Position numbers and translations under genes: made by a program. From Pseudomonadota bacterium (lineage in GTDB: Bacteria; Pseudomonadota; Alphaproteobacteria; Sphingomonadales; Sphingomonadaceae), in NCBI GenBank assembly GCA_039027955.1, contig JBCCJD010000003.1, positions 1,627 through 65,626 of the forward strand: a DNA stretch of 64,000 nucleotides, written 5' to 3'. Positions 28,440 through 38,363 of this stretch are shown in pieces (within the stretch, counting starts at the first letter, position 1; each line of letters begins with the position of its first letter). The notes beneath the pieces are model-generated. The model saw only the letters and a list, made by a program, of their open reading frames with translations, had not been told where the DNA came from and searched no databases.

Positions 28440-30386
28440 ATGAACCAACAGATCAAGATCAGCCTGCCGGACGGTTCTGTGCGCGAAATGGAGCCGGGTT
28501 CGACCCCTGCCGATGTCGCGGCTGCAATCGGTCCAGGTCTTGCCAAAGCGGCGCGGATCGCGCGTGTCGATGGCGAGCTGTTTGACCTGACGCGCCCGTT
28601 TGAAGGCGATGCCGAGCTCGAACTGGTGACGGCCAAAGACGAGGAGGTGATGCTCCCGCTGATCCGCCACGATTACGCGCACGTGATGGCCGAGGCGGTC
28701 CAGCGCCTGTTCCCGGGTACCCAGATCACCTTCGGCCCGGCCATCGAGGATGGCTTTTACTACGATTTTGCGCCTCTGCCTTCGCGTGGCCCTTTCACCG
28801 AAGATGACCTTCCCGTGATCGAAGAGGAAATGCGTCGGATCGTTGCCGAAGACAAACCGCTTAAGCGCGAAGTCTGGAGCCGCGAGCAACTGATCAAATG
28901 GTTCAAGAAAAAAGGCGAGACCTTCAAGGCTGAATGGGCGGTCGAGCTGCCCGACGATCAGGAGCTTACGGTCTACTGGGCGGGCGATGATTGGCTTGAT
29001 CTGTGCCGCGGCCCGCATTTCACCTCAACCGGAAAGCTCGATCCTGATGCGTTCAAGCTGACGCGGGTGTCGGGTGCCTATTGGCGCGGCGATCAAAAGA
29101 ACGCCATGCTCAGCCGGATTTACGGGACCGCGTGGCAGAACAAGAAGCAGCTCAAAGCGCATATGATGCGGCTTGAGGAAGCGGCCAAACGCGATCATCG
29201 CAAGCTTGGCCGAGAGCTGGACATTTTCCATTTTGAGGATTTCGCGCCAGGGGCGGTCTTCTGGCACCCCAAGGGCTGGACTATGTTCCAGAACCTGATC
29301 GAATATATGCGCCGCCGCCAGGATTTGGCGGGTTATGTCGAAGTGAATACGCCCGATGTGATGGACCGCACGCTGTGGGAGACGTCGGGCCACTGGTTCA
29401 ACTATCACGAACATATGTTCACCACCCAGACCGAAGATCAGCGGATTTTCGCGCTCAAGCCGATGAACTGCCCGGGCCATGTTTCGCTGTTTGCGCATGG
29501 GCTGAAAAGCTATCGCGACCTGCCGATGCGGATTGCGGAGTTTGGCAAGGTCCACCGATATGAGCCGTCTGGCGCTCTGCACGGGTTAATGCGCGTGCGG
29601 CACTTCACGCAGGACGATGCGCATATCTTCTGCACGCCGGACCAGCTCAAAGACGAAAACCGTGACGTTGTGGAACTGGTGCTCGATATCTACCGCGAGT
29701 TCGGCTTCGAAGATGTGCGGATCAAGCTCTCCACCCGTCCGGAAAACCGCATGGGTTCCGATGAGATCTGGGACACACTCGAAGGCTCGCTGATCGATAC
29801 GCTTGATGCGATGGGGCTCGACTACACGATCAACGAAGGCGAAGGCGCGTTTTACGGACCGAAGCTCGAATTCGTATTGCGCGATGCGATCGGGCGCGAC
29901 TGGCAATGCGGCACACTGCAGGTCGATATGAACCTGCCTGAGGCGTTCGATATCAGCTATGTTGGCGAAGACGGCGAAAAGCACCGTCCCGTCATGCTGC
30001 ACCGCGCGCTGTTCGGATCGCTTGAACGCTTTATCGGCATTCTGATCGAGCATTATGCAGGTCGCCTGCCCGTATGGCTTGCTCCCACGCAGGCTGTGGT
30101 GGCGACGATCGTCTCGGACGCGGATGATTATGCCAGCGACGCTATGGTTAAACTTAAAGCCGCTGGTCTGCGGGTCGACAGCGATCTTCGTAACGAGAAG
30201 ATCAATTACAAAGTGCGCGAACACTCGCTGGCGAAAGTCCCGCATCTGCTGGTGGTCGGCAAACGCGAGGCTGAAGAAGGCACGGTCGCCATGCGCACGC
30301 TTGGCGAGAAAGAGCAGCGCGTAATGCCGCTCGATGAAGCGATTGCGATGCTGACTAAAGCTGCAATGCCGCCTGACCTGGCTTAG
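28440..30386 (+). CDS. thrS: Threonine--tRNA ligase
   Basis: TGS domain, [67 protein letters not shown]. Confidence 0.98.
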   Translation: MNQQIKISLPDGSVREMEPGSTPADVAAAIGPGLAKAARIARVDGELFDLTRPFEGDAELELVTAKDEEVMLPLIRHDYAHVMAEAVQRLFPGTQITFGPAIEDGFYYDFAPLPSRGPFTEDDLPVIEEEMRRIVAEDKPLKREVWSREQLIKWFKKKGETFKAEWAVELPDDQELTVYWAGDDWLDLCRGPHFTSTGKLDPDAFKLTRVSGAYWRGDQKNAMLSRIYGTAWQNKKQLKAHMMRLEEAAKRDHRKLGRELDIFHFEDFAPGAVFWHPKGWTMFQNLIEYMRRRQDLAGYVEVNTPDVMDRTLWETSGHWFNYHEHMFTTQTEDQRIFALKPMNCPGHVSLFAHGLKSYRDLPMRIAEFGKVHRYEPSGALHGLMRVRHFTQDDAHIFCTPDQLKDENRDVVELVLDIYREFGFEDVRIKLSTRPENRMGSDEIWDTLEGSLIDTLDAMGLDYTINEGEGAFYGPKLEFVLRDAIGRDWQCGTLQVDMNLPEAFDISYVGEDGEKHRPVMLHRALFGSLERFIGILIEHYAGRLPVWLAPTQAVVATIVSDADDYASDAMVKLKAAGLRVDSDLRNEKINYKVREHSLAKVPHLLVVGKREAEEGTVAMRTLGEKEQRVMPLDEAIAMLTKAAMPPDLA

Positions 30387-30390
30387 CGGA

Positions 30391-30525
30391 TTATAGGGGC
30401 AGCGCTTGTCCGGCGAGGACGAGCGCTGCACCGCAGCTCAAGACAATCGCACTGCGCGCGAGCTCAAGCGGCTGTTCGATTGCAGCGATCCGCGCTTTGC
30501 GGGTCAGGGCGATAGCTCTGCTCAT
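30391..30525 (-). CDS. Small (44 aa) putative membrane protein absent from the ORF track
   Basis: MSRAIALTRKARIAAIEQPLELARSAIVLSCGAALVLAGQALPL*; AGG upstream of the ATG; fills the thrS-deiminase gap. Confidence 0.6.
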   Translation of the reverse strand: MSRAIALTRKARIAAIEQPLELARSAIVLSCGAALVLAGQALPL

Positions 30526-30561
30526 AACCTAATAATTGCGCGCCAAACCGCTAAGAAAGTC

Positions 30562-31563
30562 TTAATCTGCGGGCGCGCTCGGCATTTGCTGGCTTGCGCA
30601 GTGAAATCCGCCGCCACCTGCTAGGACCGCATCGGCGGGTAAGCCAATCGTGTCGCGATCAGGGAATTGCGCGGCAATCGCAGCGACGCCTGCAGTGTCA
30701 CTCGGCGAACCGAAAACCGGTACCACCACCAGCTGCGAGGTGATCGCGAAGTTGACATAGCTTGCTGGCTCGATCTGTCCGCTGCGCTCAATCCGTCCCG
30801 GCGAGGGTATCCGCACGACCTCCAGCCCCGCTGTTTGCGCGCGGTGCGCTGCATCATCGTAGATACCAGCATTGGGATCATCGGCTACGCTCGCCTGGGG
30901 TACGACGACTCTCCCCGGCGCAACAAACCGCGCAAGATTATCGACATGGCCATCGGTGTGGTCGTTGATGAGCCCCTCACCCAGCCAGATAATTTCGCTA
31001 AGCCCAAGCTGGCGTGTCAATTCGGCTTCGATATCTTGTCGGCTCAGCTTCGGATTGCGATTGGGGTTGAGGAGGCATTGCTCGGTCGTAAGCGCGCGCC
31101 CGGTGCCATCGCCATCAAGCGCGCCGCCTTCAAACACCATCGCCGACGTTTGAAGCGTAAGCCCTGACGCCTGCGCCAGTTCTGATCCGATGCTCTCATC
31201 GCCGGGCATTTTGTATTTAGCGCCCCAGCCGTTGAAGGCGAACCGGCGGGCAGCGCGCAGGCCTGCATCGAACACAACCAGCGGGCCGGTATCGCGCAGC
31301 CAGATATCGCCGTAAATTCGCTGCTCGAGAGTGACCGCGTCGCTGACAAGTTTACGCGCACGCGCTGCATTGGCTTCATCGCGTACCAGCAGGCGAACCT
31401 CTTGCCCACTCCCCGCAACCGCATTGGCAAACGTAGCGATCTGCTCTTGTGCCCGCTCAAGATAGCCCGGCCATTCGTCTGCCAGATGCGGGAAACCGAT
31501 CCACAGCCAGTCCTGAGGGGCCCATTCAGGCGGCATGATGATCGCGCGTTGCGTGCGCTTCAT
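30562..31563 (-). CDS. Agmatine deiminase / peptidyl-arginine deiminase family protein
   Basis: MPPEWAPQ, DIWLRDTGP, EGGALDGDG, NPNRNP, DHTDGHVDN, SYVNF, GGGFHCASQQ. Confidence 0.92.
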   Translation of the reverse strand: MKRTQRAIIMPPEWAPQDWLWIGFPHLADEWPGYLERAQEQIATFANAVAGSGQEVRLLVRDEANAARARKLVSDAVTLEQRIYGDIWLRDTGPLVVFDAGLRAARRFAFNGWGAKYKMPGDESIGSELAQASGLTLQTSAMVFEGGALDGDGTGRALTTEQCLLNPNRNPKLSRQDIEAELTRQLGLSEIIWLGEGLINDHTDGHVDNLARFVAPGRVVVPQASVADDPNAGIYDDAAHRAQTAGLEVVRIPSPGRIERSGQIEPASYVNFAITSQLVVVPVFGSPSDTAGVAAIAAQFPDRDTIGLPADAVLAGGGGFHCASQQMPSAPAD

Positions 31564-31630
31564 AAGCGGTGCTTTCGGCCAAGTGACAAGCGGGCTTGCG
31601 GGGACCTGCCGAGGCAGTCAAAGAAAAGCA

Positions 31631-34387
31631 ATGGCAAACCCTGCGCAAGCTGACTGGGACAGTGCACTGGACCGAGCCAAAGCGCATTCGCCATTTCTTG
31701 CTCGGGCGTTGGACAAGCAAAGCGAGTTAGCAGAGTTGCTGGCAGCGGGAGACAGCGAGGCTGCGTTTGGCTGGGTGCGTGAGCGCGGCCAGCATGCGGA
31801 TACCGCGATCGCGCTGCGCCGCGAACGTTTGGGGTTAGCGACGCTGCTTGCGATCGGGGATCTTGCTGGCGCGTTTCCCCTCCCTCAGGTGGTCGAGCAA
31901 CTCACTGCCTTTGCTGATAACGCTCTCGATCGCGCGATCCGCACAGCGATTGCAGAGCGAACCGGCGATGACAGCGCCGCCGGGTTCATTGCGTTGGCGT
32001 TGGGAAAGCAAGGCGCAGGCGAGCTTAACTATTCCTCCGACATTGATCCGATCCTGCTTTATGAGCCCACTCGGCTGGCGCACCGAGCGAAGGATGACCC
32101 AGCCGATGCCGCGCAGCGTTATGCAAGGCGGATTGTCGCGCTTCTGTCTGATGTTACCGACGAAGGGTATGTCCTGCGGGTCGATCTGCGGCTGCGCCCA
32201 GCCAGCGAGATCAGCCCGCTGGTGGTCAGGCGTGCGGCAGCTCTGACCCATTATCAAAGCGCGGCCTTGCCGTGGGAGCGTGCTGCTTTCACCCGTGCCA
32301 GAGCGGCTGCAGGCGATTTGGCTGCAGGCGAAGAGTTCCTCACCGCGATCCGGCCGTTCATCTGGCGCCAAGCGCTGGACTTTGGCGCGGTCGATGAAAT
32401 CCGCAAGCTAACCGAGCGGGTGCGCGCAGGCCATGAAGGGCCGGACAAACCTGGCCCAGGGTTCAATCTGAAGAAGGGTCGCGGCGGCATTCGCGAGATC
32501 GAATTTTTCGTCCAGACCCATCAGCTTATCCATGGCGGGCGCGATCCTTCGCTGCGGGTGCGGGGAACCAGCGACGCGCTTGGTGCGCTGGTTGCCGCAG
32601 AGCGTATCGAGCCCGCCACTGCGCGCACTCTCAGCGAGGCCTACAAGCGCTTAAGAGTGGTCGAGCACCGTTTGCAGATGGTGCATGATCGCCAGACCCA
32701 TTCGCTTCCCAAAGGCGCGGCGCTCGACAATGTTGCGTGGCTCGATGGGCGTGCCGGTGGAGCGGAACTGGTGGCAGAACTGACTGAGCTGACACAGGCG
32801 GTTGGCGCAATCTTTGATACGCTGATCGAGCCGGAGCCGGAGCTGCCTTCCCCAATCAAGGCACCGAAGCGTAAGCGGCACAAAGTAAGCAAGCCTGCGC
32901 CGGACCGCGCGATCATTGCTGCGCGGATTGAAAACTGGCGCGATGGCCGGTTTCAATGCCTGCGCACGCCGCAAGCGCTGGCTGCATTTGATGCGCTGGC
33001 CCCGGTCTTGACCGATGCGCTGGTGCATGCAGACGACCCTGAACGCGCGCTGATCCGCTGGGAAAGCCTGCTGGAACGCGCGCCTTCGGCAATCAATCTG
33101 TTTTATCTGCTGCAAGCACAGCCGCAGTTGCTTCATCGCTTGATCTCAGCGCTGACATTGTCCGCGATGCTGGCTGATGAGCTCGCTCGTAAGCCTGAAT
33201 TGCTTGACACTTTGCTTGATCGCAGAGGGCTCGATAGTCCCGGATCCGTCGAGGAAATTGCTGAGCGGATGGAGCGTAGCGCTGCGCGGCCCGACTATGA
33301 AGCGATGCTCGATGCGATCCGCCAGGTCACAGGTGAGATCCGCTTTAGCCAAGGTCTGCAGATGATCGAAGGGAGTGCAGACCCGCTCGATATCGCGCAA
33401 GCTCTATCGCGGACAGCGGAAGCGGCTTTGCAGCTCGCTTTGCGCGAGACGGCCGACGACTTTGCAAAAGCTCACGGCCGCATCGAAGGCAGCGAATTGG
33501 TGGTGCTGGGGCTCGGTAGGCTTGGCGGAGGCGCGCTCACTCATGCCTCGGATCTTGATCTTGTCTTTGTGTTTACAGGAGATTTCGCAGCGCAATCCGA
33601 TGGTCTGCGCGCGCTTGGGGCAACGCATTATTACAATCGCTTGGCCAGCCGTGTCATTGCCGCGCTATCGGTGCCGACTGCGCAAGGGGCGCTTTACGAG
33701 ATCGATACAAGGCTGCGCCCGCAAGGCGGGCAAGGCCCTTTGGTGGTAAGCTGCGAAGCGTTCGCCAAGTATCAGCAGGAAGCCGCCTGGACCTGGGAGC
33801 ATATGGCGCTTGCCCGGGCGCGGGTTTTGGCAGGCTCGCCCGCCGCCCGTGAGCAGCTTGAAGCGATCATGGTCGAAGTGCTGCTCCGCCAGCGTGACCG
33901 TCACAAATTGGCTGATGCTGTGGTGTCGATGCGCGATGAAATGGCGCGGTATAAACAGCCAACCGGACCACTTGATGCCAAACGCGCCCGCGGCGGCCTC
34001 GTCGATTGTGAGTTTCTGGTGCATTACCTGCAATTGCGCGGTGTTGCGGCTGATGGAACCGCGCTTAGCCAAAGCCACCCCGATGCCTATGCGCCTGACC
34101 TCGGCGCGGCGATCCCGGCGCTGATCGATGCCGGGCGTTTGCCTGCGGATTTGCGCGCGCATTATGATCTGATGAGCCGGATGCTGGTGGCAGGACGCCT
34201 CTTGAGCCCGGGCGGCGCGGAGCCTCCTCGCGGTGCGGCGCAAGCGCTGGCGCGCGCTTGTCGGCAAAGCGATTACGATGCCCTCTTGCATGCCTTTGCC
34301 GAGGCGCGGCAAAGGGTGGCAGGGGCTTGGTCAGCGATTCTTGGACAAACGATTCTCACGTCCAATATGGAGCACAACAATGAGTGA
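31631..34387 (+). CDS. glnE: Bifunctional glutamine synthetase adenylyltransferase/adenylyl-removing enzyme
   Basis: Two nucleotidyltransferase domains: GKQGAGELNYSSDID/RVDLRLRP and GRLGGGALTHASDLD/EIDTRLRP; GGIREIEF. Start at ATG 31631 inferred. Confidence 0.93.
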   Translation: MANPAQADWDSALDRAKAHSPFLARALDKQSELAELLAAGDSEAAFGWVRERGQHADTAIALRRERLGLATLLAIGDLAGAFPLPQVVEQLTAFADNALDRAIRTAIAERTGDDSAAGFIALALGKQGAGELNYSSDIDPILLYEPTRLAHRAKDDPADAAQRYARRIVALLSDVTDEGYVLRVDLRLRPASEISPLVVRRAAALTHYQSAALPWERAAFTRARAAAGDLAAGEEFLTAIRPFIWRQALDFGAVDEIRKLTERVRAGHEGPDKPGPGFNLKKGRGGIREIEFFVQTHQLIHGGRDPSLRVRGTSDALGALVAAERIEPATARTLSEAYKRLRVVEHRLQMVHDRQTHSLPKGAALDNVAWLDGRAGGAELVAELTELTQAVGAIFDTLIEPEPELPSPIKAPKRKRHKVSKPAPDRAIIAARIENWRDGRFQCLRTPQALAAFDALAPVLTDALVHADDPERALIRWESLLERAPSAINLFYLLQAQPQLLHRLISALTLSAMLADELARKPELLDTLLDRRGLDSPGSVEEIAERMERSAARPDYEAMLDAIRQVTGEIRFSQGLQMIEGSADPLDIAQALSRTAEAALQLALRETADDFAKAHGRIEGSELVVLGLGRLGGGALTHASDLDLVFVFTGDFAAQSDGLRALGATHYYNRLASRVIAALSVPTAQGALYEIDTRLRPQGGQGPLVVSCEAFAKYQQEAAWTWEHMALARARVLAGSPAAREQLEAIMVEVLLRQRDRHKLADAVVSMRDEMARYKQPTGPLDAKRARGGLVDCEFLVHYLQLRGVAADGTALSQSHPDAYAPDLGAAIPALIDAGRLPADLRAHYDLMSRMLVAGRLLSPGGAEPPRGAAQALARACRQSDYDALLHAFAEARQRVAGAWSAILGQTILTSNMEHNNE

Positions 34388-34853
34388 TTTTCCCGCAGCC
34401 GGTGACGCCATGCCTGATATTGCGATGGAGACGCCCGATGGCGGCACCGTCAAACCATCCGACTTTGCTGGCAAGAAGCTGGTGGTGTTCTTCTATCCCA
34501 AGGACAACACACCGGGCTGCACCACGGAAGCGAAGGACTTCACCGCGCTGAAAGGCGAGTTCGACGCGGCTGGCGTCGAATTGCTCGGCGTCAGCAAGGA
34601 TAGCGCGAAGAAGCACCAGAACTTCATCGCTAAGCATGATCTCAAAACGCCGCTTGCAACGGATGCGGAAGAAGGCGGGCTGTCCGATGCGCTGGGTGTG
34701 TGGGCGGAAAAGCAGATGTATGGGAAGACCTATATGGGGATGGTCCGCACGACCTATCTGGTCGGGACCGATGGCACCATCGCGCAGGTCTGGAACAAGG
34801 TGAAGGTCAAAGGCCACGCCGACGAAGTCCTCGCGGCGGCTCAGGCACTGTAG
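34380..34853 (+). CDS. bcp: Peroxiredoxin (BCP/PrxQ)
   Basis: FFYPKDNTPGCTTEA, GVSKDS, VRTTYLV; start overlaps the glnE end. Confidence 0.93.
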   Translation: MSDFPAAGDAMPDIAMETPDGGTVKPSDFAGKKLVVFFYPKDNTPGCTTEAKDFTALKGEFDAAGVELLGVSKDSAKKHQNFIAKHDLKTPLATDAEEGGLSDALGVWAEKQMYGKTYMGMVRTTYLVGTDGTIAQVWNKVKVKGHADEVLAAAQAL

Positions 34854-34858
34854 TCGCG

Positions 34859-35650
34859 ATGGCAAGCGTTGCGAGCGCGATCCGGGCTGCGCTGTTAACC
34901 GGCGAGCCTCGCGACAAGTGCTTTGCCGCGCGTCAGGTGGCGCGCGATTGGCGGTTGGGACGGCTGGCATGGGCGTTTGACGTCACTATGCCAGCTGAAC
35001 CCGCGCGCCCGGCTAAGCCTGAATTGCTGGCGCCAAACAAGATGCCCAAGCGCGGCAAATTCGGGTCGGAGCGCGCTCGCATCGCGCTGTGGCACAGCCT
35101 TGCCCATATCGAGTTCGTGGCGATTGATCTGGCGCTTGATATGTCAGGTCGGTTTGGCGCTGAGATGGGCGAGGAGTTTGTTGACGATTTTCTCGCCGTC
35201 GCAGCCGATGAAGCGATGCATTTTGCACTGCTTGCCCGCAAGCTAGAAAGCCTGGGCAGTCATTATGGCGCGCTGCCAGCGCATGCCGGTTTGTGGCAGG
35301 CAGCGCATGCGACCCGGCATGACGTCGCGGCGCGTTTGGCGGTGGTCCCGATGGTGCTCGAAGCGCGCGGACTTGACGTCACGCCAGCGACTTTGGAGCG
35401 GGTCGAAGGAGCAGGCGACAGCCACGGCGCAAAAATTCTGGCGCGCATTCTTGACGATGAAATTCGCCATGTCGCATTTGGCACAAAGCACTTTGTGAAA
35501 TGCGCTGAAACGCTCGGGAATCCGCCTGAAACAATGTGGCAAGAACTTGTCGCGCGGTATTTTCGCGGCTCCGTTAAGCCGCCGTTCAACGACTCAGCGC
35601 GTCTTGCAGCCGGTCTGTCGCGGGACTTCTACGCAGAGATTGCACTTTAA
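34859..35650 (+). CDS. Ferritin-like di-iron protein (DUF455 type)
   Basis: HSLAHIEFVAIDLA, DEAMHF, EARGLDVTP, DEIRHVAFG ExxH pairs. Confidence 0.88.
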   Translation: MASVASAIRAALLTGEPRDKCFAARQVARDWRLGRLAWAFDVTMPAEPARPAKPELLAPNKMPKRGKFGSERARIALWHSLAHIEFVAIDLALDMSGRFGAEMGEEFVDDFLAVAADEAMHFALLARKLESLGSHYGALPAHAGLWQAAHATRHDVAARLAVVPMVLEARGLDVTPATLERVEGAGDSHGAKILARILDDEIRHVAFGTKHFVKCAETLGNPPETMWQELVARYFRGSVKPPFNDSARLAAGLSRDFYAEIAL

Positions 35651-35822
35651 CGAATCGCCCCGATAACTTAATGAAAGTGCGCGGGCCCGGCCCGTCCTTT
35701 TTAATGTTCGGGTTCCTGCTCAATTGCAGCGTCAGATCTGCGAATAGCTCATGACCCTATTGACATATAACGTGCTGCTGAAGCGCGAAGGCTGAAAAAG
35801 CCGCAATGAGGAACGGGTCATA

Positions 35823-36527
35823 ATGCTCACGCTGTCGCAGCGTCAATTGAAGACATTCGCAGGGGCCATCATCGCAGCGACCATATCGGTCAGCGCTGCG
35901 CCGGCTTATGCCAATTCATCCGCCAACAATGCAGCAAGTGCTGACATGGTCGAGCCGGTCCGCGAAGCGCAAGCCGAGCGGTTGCAAACGGGCGATCCGC
36001 GCTTTCGGCAATTGTTCGCCAGTTGGCGTTCGCTCGACGGCTCAGTGCCAGGTCTGCCGATCGAGCGGCCAGTCATCGCAATCCCTTCGCGCATGCCGGT
36101 TTCAGACGGGCGGATGACAAGCGGTTATGGCATGCGCCGGCATCCGGTGTTGAAGCGCCGTAAAAAGCATAATGGCGTGGACATCGCGGCACCCACCGGC
36201 ACGCCGGTCTATGCGACAGCCGATGGTCTGGTTGGCCGCGCTGACTGGTTTTCCAGCTACGGGCTTTACATCAGCATCGATCACGGCGGTGATCTGGAAA
36301 CACGCTATGCGCACCTTTCGCGTCTTGCTGTGGCAGCAGGCGAGCGGGTCAATAAAGGCGATATAATCGGCTATGTCGGATCGACCGGACGTTCAACCGG
36401 TCCGCATCTCCATTACGAAGTGCGTGTTGACGGGCTTGCAGTAAACCCAATTCCCTATATGGTAGAGACCAAGGCACAGGTCGCGCTGTCCCAAAAATCT
36501 GCGTTGTCAGGCCAAGGCGGCCAGTAA
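35823..36527 (+). CDS. M23-family metallopeptidase, exported
   Basis: Signal peptide, HNGVD (HxxxD), STGPHLHYEV (HxH). Confidence 0.93.
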   Translation: MLTLSQRQLKTFAGAIIAATISVSAAPAYANSSANNAASADMVEPVREAQAERLQTGDPRFRQLFASWRSLDGSVPGLPIERPVIAIPSRMPVSDGRMTSGYGMRRHPVLKRRKKHNGVDIAAPTGTPVYATADGLVGRADWFSSYGLYISIDHGGDLETRYAHLSRLAVAAGERVNKGDIIGYVGSTGRSTGPHLHYEVRVDGLAVNPIPYMVETKAQVALSQKSALSGQGGQ

Positions 36528-36617
36528 CAACCAGAGCGCGACCGCATTGATCGTAATGCGGCCTGAGAGATTGCCCGCTTGAAGGCGGGACGGACATTGG
36601 AGAGGGTGTCCGAGTTT

Positions 36618-36647
36618 AGGCGGCGGGATTTCCCGCCGCCTTTTTTT
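36618..36647 (+). terminator. Rho-independent terminator
   Basis: AGGCGGCGGG-ATTT-CCCGCCGCCT followed by a T run (36641-36647). Confidence 0.9.
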
Positions 36648-36803
36648 GCGCCCGAGCCGCGTCGGCGGGCTCCCACAATTGCATGAGCTGCGTGTTTCTG
36701 CACATTCGGATCAGCGCATTTTCACTTGAGTGGCCCGCGCCTCCCGTTAGGTTTCGTTGAAGAAGGCGCCAAGGCAATGCACCCGCGGCGCTGGGAGAGA
36801 AAT

Positions 36804-38363
36804 ATGAGCCTACATCCGATCGCGCATGCCGCGACCCGGCCTGATCACCCCGCCATCATCATGACTGGCAGCGGGGAGCAGATGACCTATCGCGAACTCG
36901 ATCAAGCGGCCAACCGGTTTGCGCATTTGCTGCGCTCGCATGGGTTCGTGACCCATCCAGACGGCGGTGACGCGTTTGCGGTCCTGCTGGAAAATCGTCC
37001 GGAATATTATGTGCTCAATTGGGGCTCGCAGCGCGTGGGCACGATGCTGGTGCCGATCTCGACCCGGCTGACCGGGCCTGAAATAAGCTATATCCTGAAG
37101 GACAGCGGGGCAAAGATGCTGATCACATCGACCCGTTTTGCAGACGTGCTGGAGACGGTGCGGGCCGAATGCGCTGAGCTTGAGCTGCTTGTGCTCGACA
37201 GCGGTGATGAAGAGGATTTTGCGGCAGAGCTTGATCGTCACAGCCCCGATCCCGTGTCTGACCCGCATGCCGGTCTGATTATGCTCTATTCCTCTGGCAC
37301 GACCGGCCGGCCTAAAGGCGTGAAACCTGCCCCGCCGGCTGATCCCGATCCGCAAGCGCCGGTTCCGCTGATAGCGCTTGCGACGATGGGCGTGGGGATG
37401 CCGGGCGATGGCTCGATGGTCTATCTCTCGCCGGCGCCGCTTTATCACGCTGCACCGCTGGGCTGGTCGTCCGTGGTTCATCGCCTCGGCGGTACTGTCG
37501 TGGTGATGGAGAAGTTCGACCCTGAAGAAGCCTTGCAAGCGATCGAGCGCTACAAAGTCACCGATAGCCAATGGGTGCCGACCCATTTCGTACGCTTTCT
37601 CAAGCTCGATTCCGAAATTCGCAGTCAATACGACCTGTCGAGCCACCAGCGCGCCTTGCATGCGGCCGCCCCTTGCCCGGTTCCGATCAAGCGCGAGATG
37701 ATCGAATGGTGGGGTCCGATAGTGAACGAGTATTACGCCGGTTCCGAGCAATGCGGGATGACCTTTGCCAAGTCTGAACAATGGCTTGCGCATCCCGGCA
37801 CGGTCGGGACCGCGATCCACGGCAAAGTGCACGTCTGCGGCCCTGATGGCGAGGAGCTTGGACCAGGCGAAGACGGGCTCATTTTCTTCGAGAACGACAA
37901 TCTTCCAAGCTATCACAACGATCCGGCAAAGACCGCCGAAGCGCTGCACGCGCAAGGCTGGATGACGCTTGGCGATATCGGTCACCTCGATGAGGAGGGG
38001 TATCTGTTCCTGACTGATCGCAAAAGCCATATGATCATTTCAGGCGGCGTGAACATCTACCCGCAGGAGATCGAAAACCTCTTGGTGACGCATGACAAAG
38101 TGATGGACGCAGCGGTCATAGGCGCGCCGGATCCCGATCTTGGCGAACGGGTCGTCGCTGTCATCCAGCCGCTCAACATGGATGATGCCGGACCGGGCTT
38201 CGAGCAGGATTTGCGCGACTTCCTTGCGCCTAACCTTGCCCGGATCAAACTGCCTAAGCAGTTCGACTTTCGGGCTGAACTCCCGCGCGAAGCCAATGGC
38301 AAGCTCTACAAACGTGAGTTGCGCGATGAATATGCCGCGAAGGCGGGAGCGAGCGCGGCTTGA
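36804..38363 (+). CDS. Acyl-CoA synthetase (AMP-binding enzyme)
   Basis: YSSGTTGRPKG, PAPLYH, EYYAGSE, GDIGHLD, SGGVNIYP, ANGKLYK. Start at ATG 36804. Confidence 0.93.
   Translation: MSLHPIAHAATRPDHPAIIMTGSGEQMTYRELDQAANRFAHLLRSHGFVTHPDGGDAFAVLLENRPEYYVLNWGSQRVGTMLVPISTRLTGPEISYILKDSGAKMLITSTRFADVLETVRAECAELELLVLDSGDEEDFAAELDRHSPDPVSDPHAGLIMLYSSGTTGRPKGVKPAPPADPDPQAPVPLIALATMGVGMPGDGSMVYLSPAPLYHAAPLGWSSVVHRLGGTVVVMEKFDPEEALQAIERYKVTDSQWVPTHFVRFLKLDSEIRSQYDLSSHQRALHAAAPCPVPIKREMIEWWGPIVNEYYAGSEQCGMTFAKSEQWLAHPGTVGTAIHGKVHVCGPDGEELGPGEDGLIFFENDNLPSYHNDPAKTAEALHAQGWMTLGDIGHLDEEGYLFLTDRKSHMIISGGVNIYPQEIENLLVTHDKVMDAAVIGAPDPDLGERVVAVIQPLNMDDAGPGFEQDLRDFLAPNLARIKLPKQFDFRAELPREANGKLYKRELRDEYAAKAGASAA

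Noticed and set aside
28432-28443. Mini-ORF ATG-ATA-CGA-TGA overlapping the thrS start
   Set aside because: Three codons with no independent evidence; easily a chance occurrence.
25528-30431. Long antisense or alternate-frame ORFs (e.g. 25528-26202, 28299-29018, 29586-30431; also 7885-8883, 36810-38030, 41361-42197)
   Set aside because: They are shadows of well-supported genes on the opposite strand, expected in high-GC DNA, and have no motifs of their own.
36545-36590. TPP riboswitch (CTGAGA and TGATC-GTAATGC words)
   Set aside because: The words occur in the wrong order, the P4/P5 segment is missing, and the element lies 3' of a peptidase gene rather than upstream of a thiamine gene.
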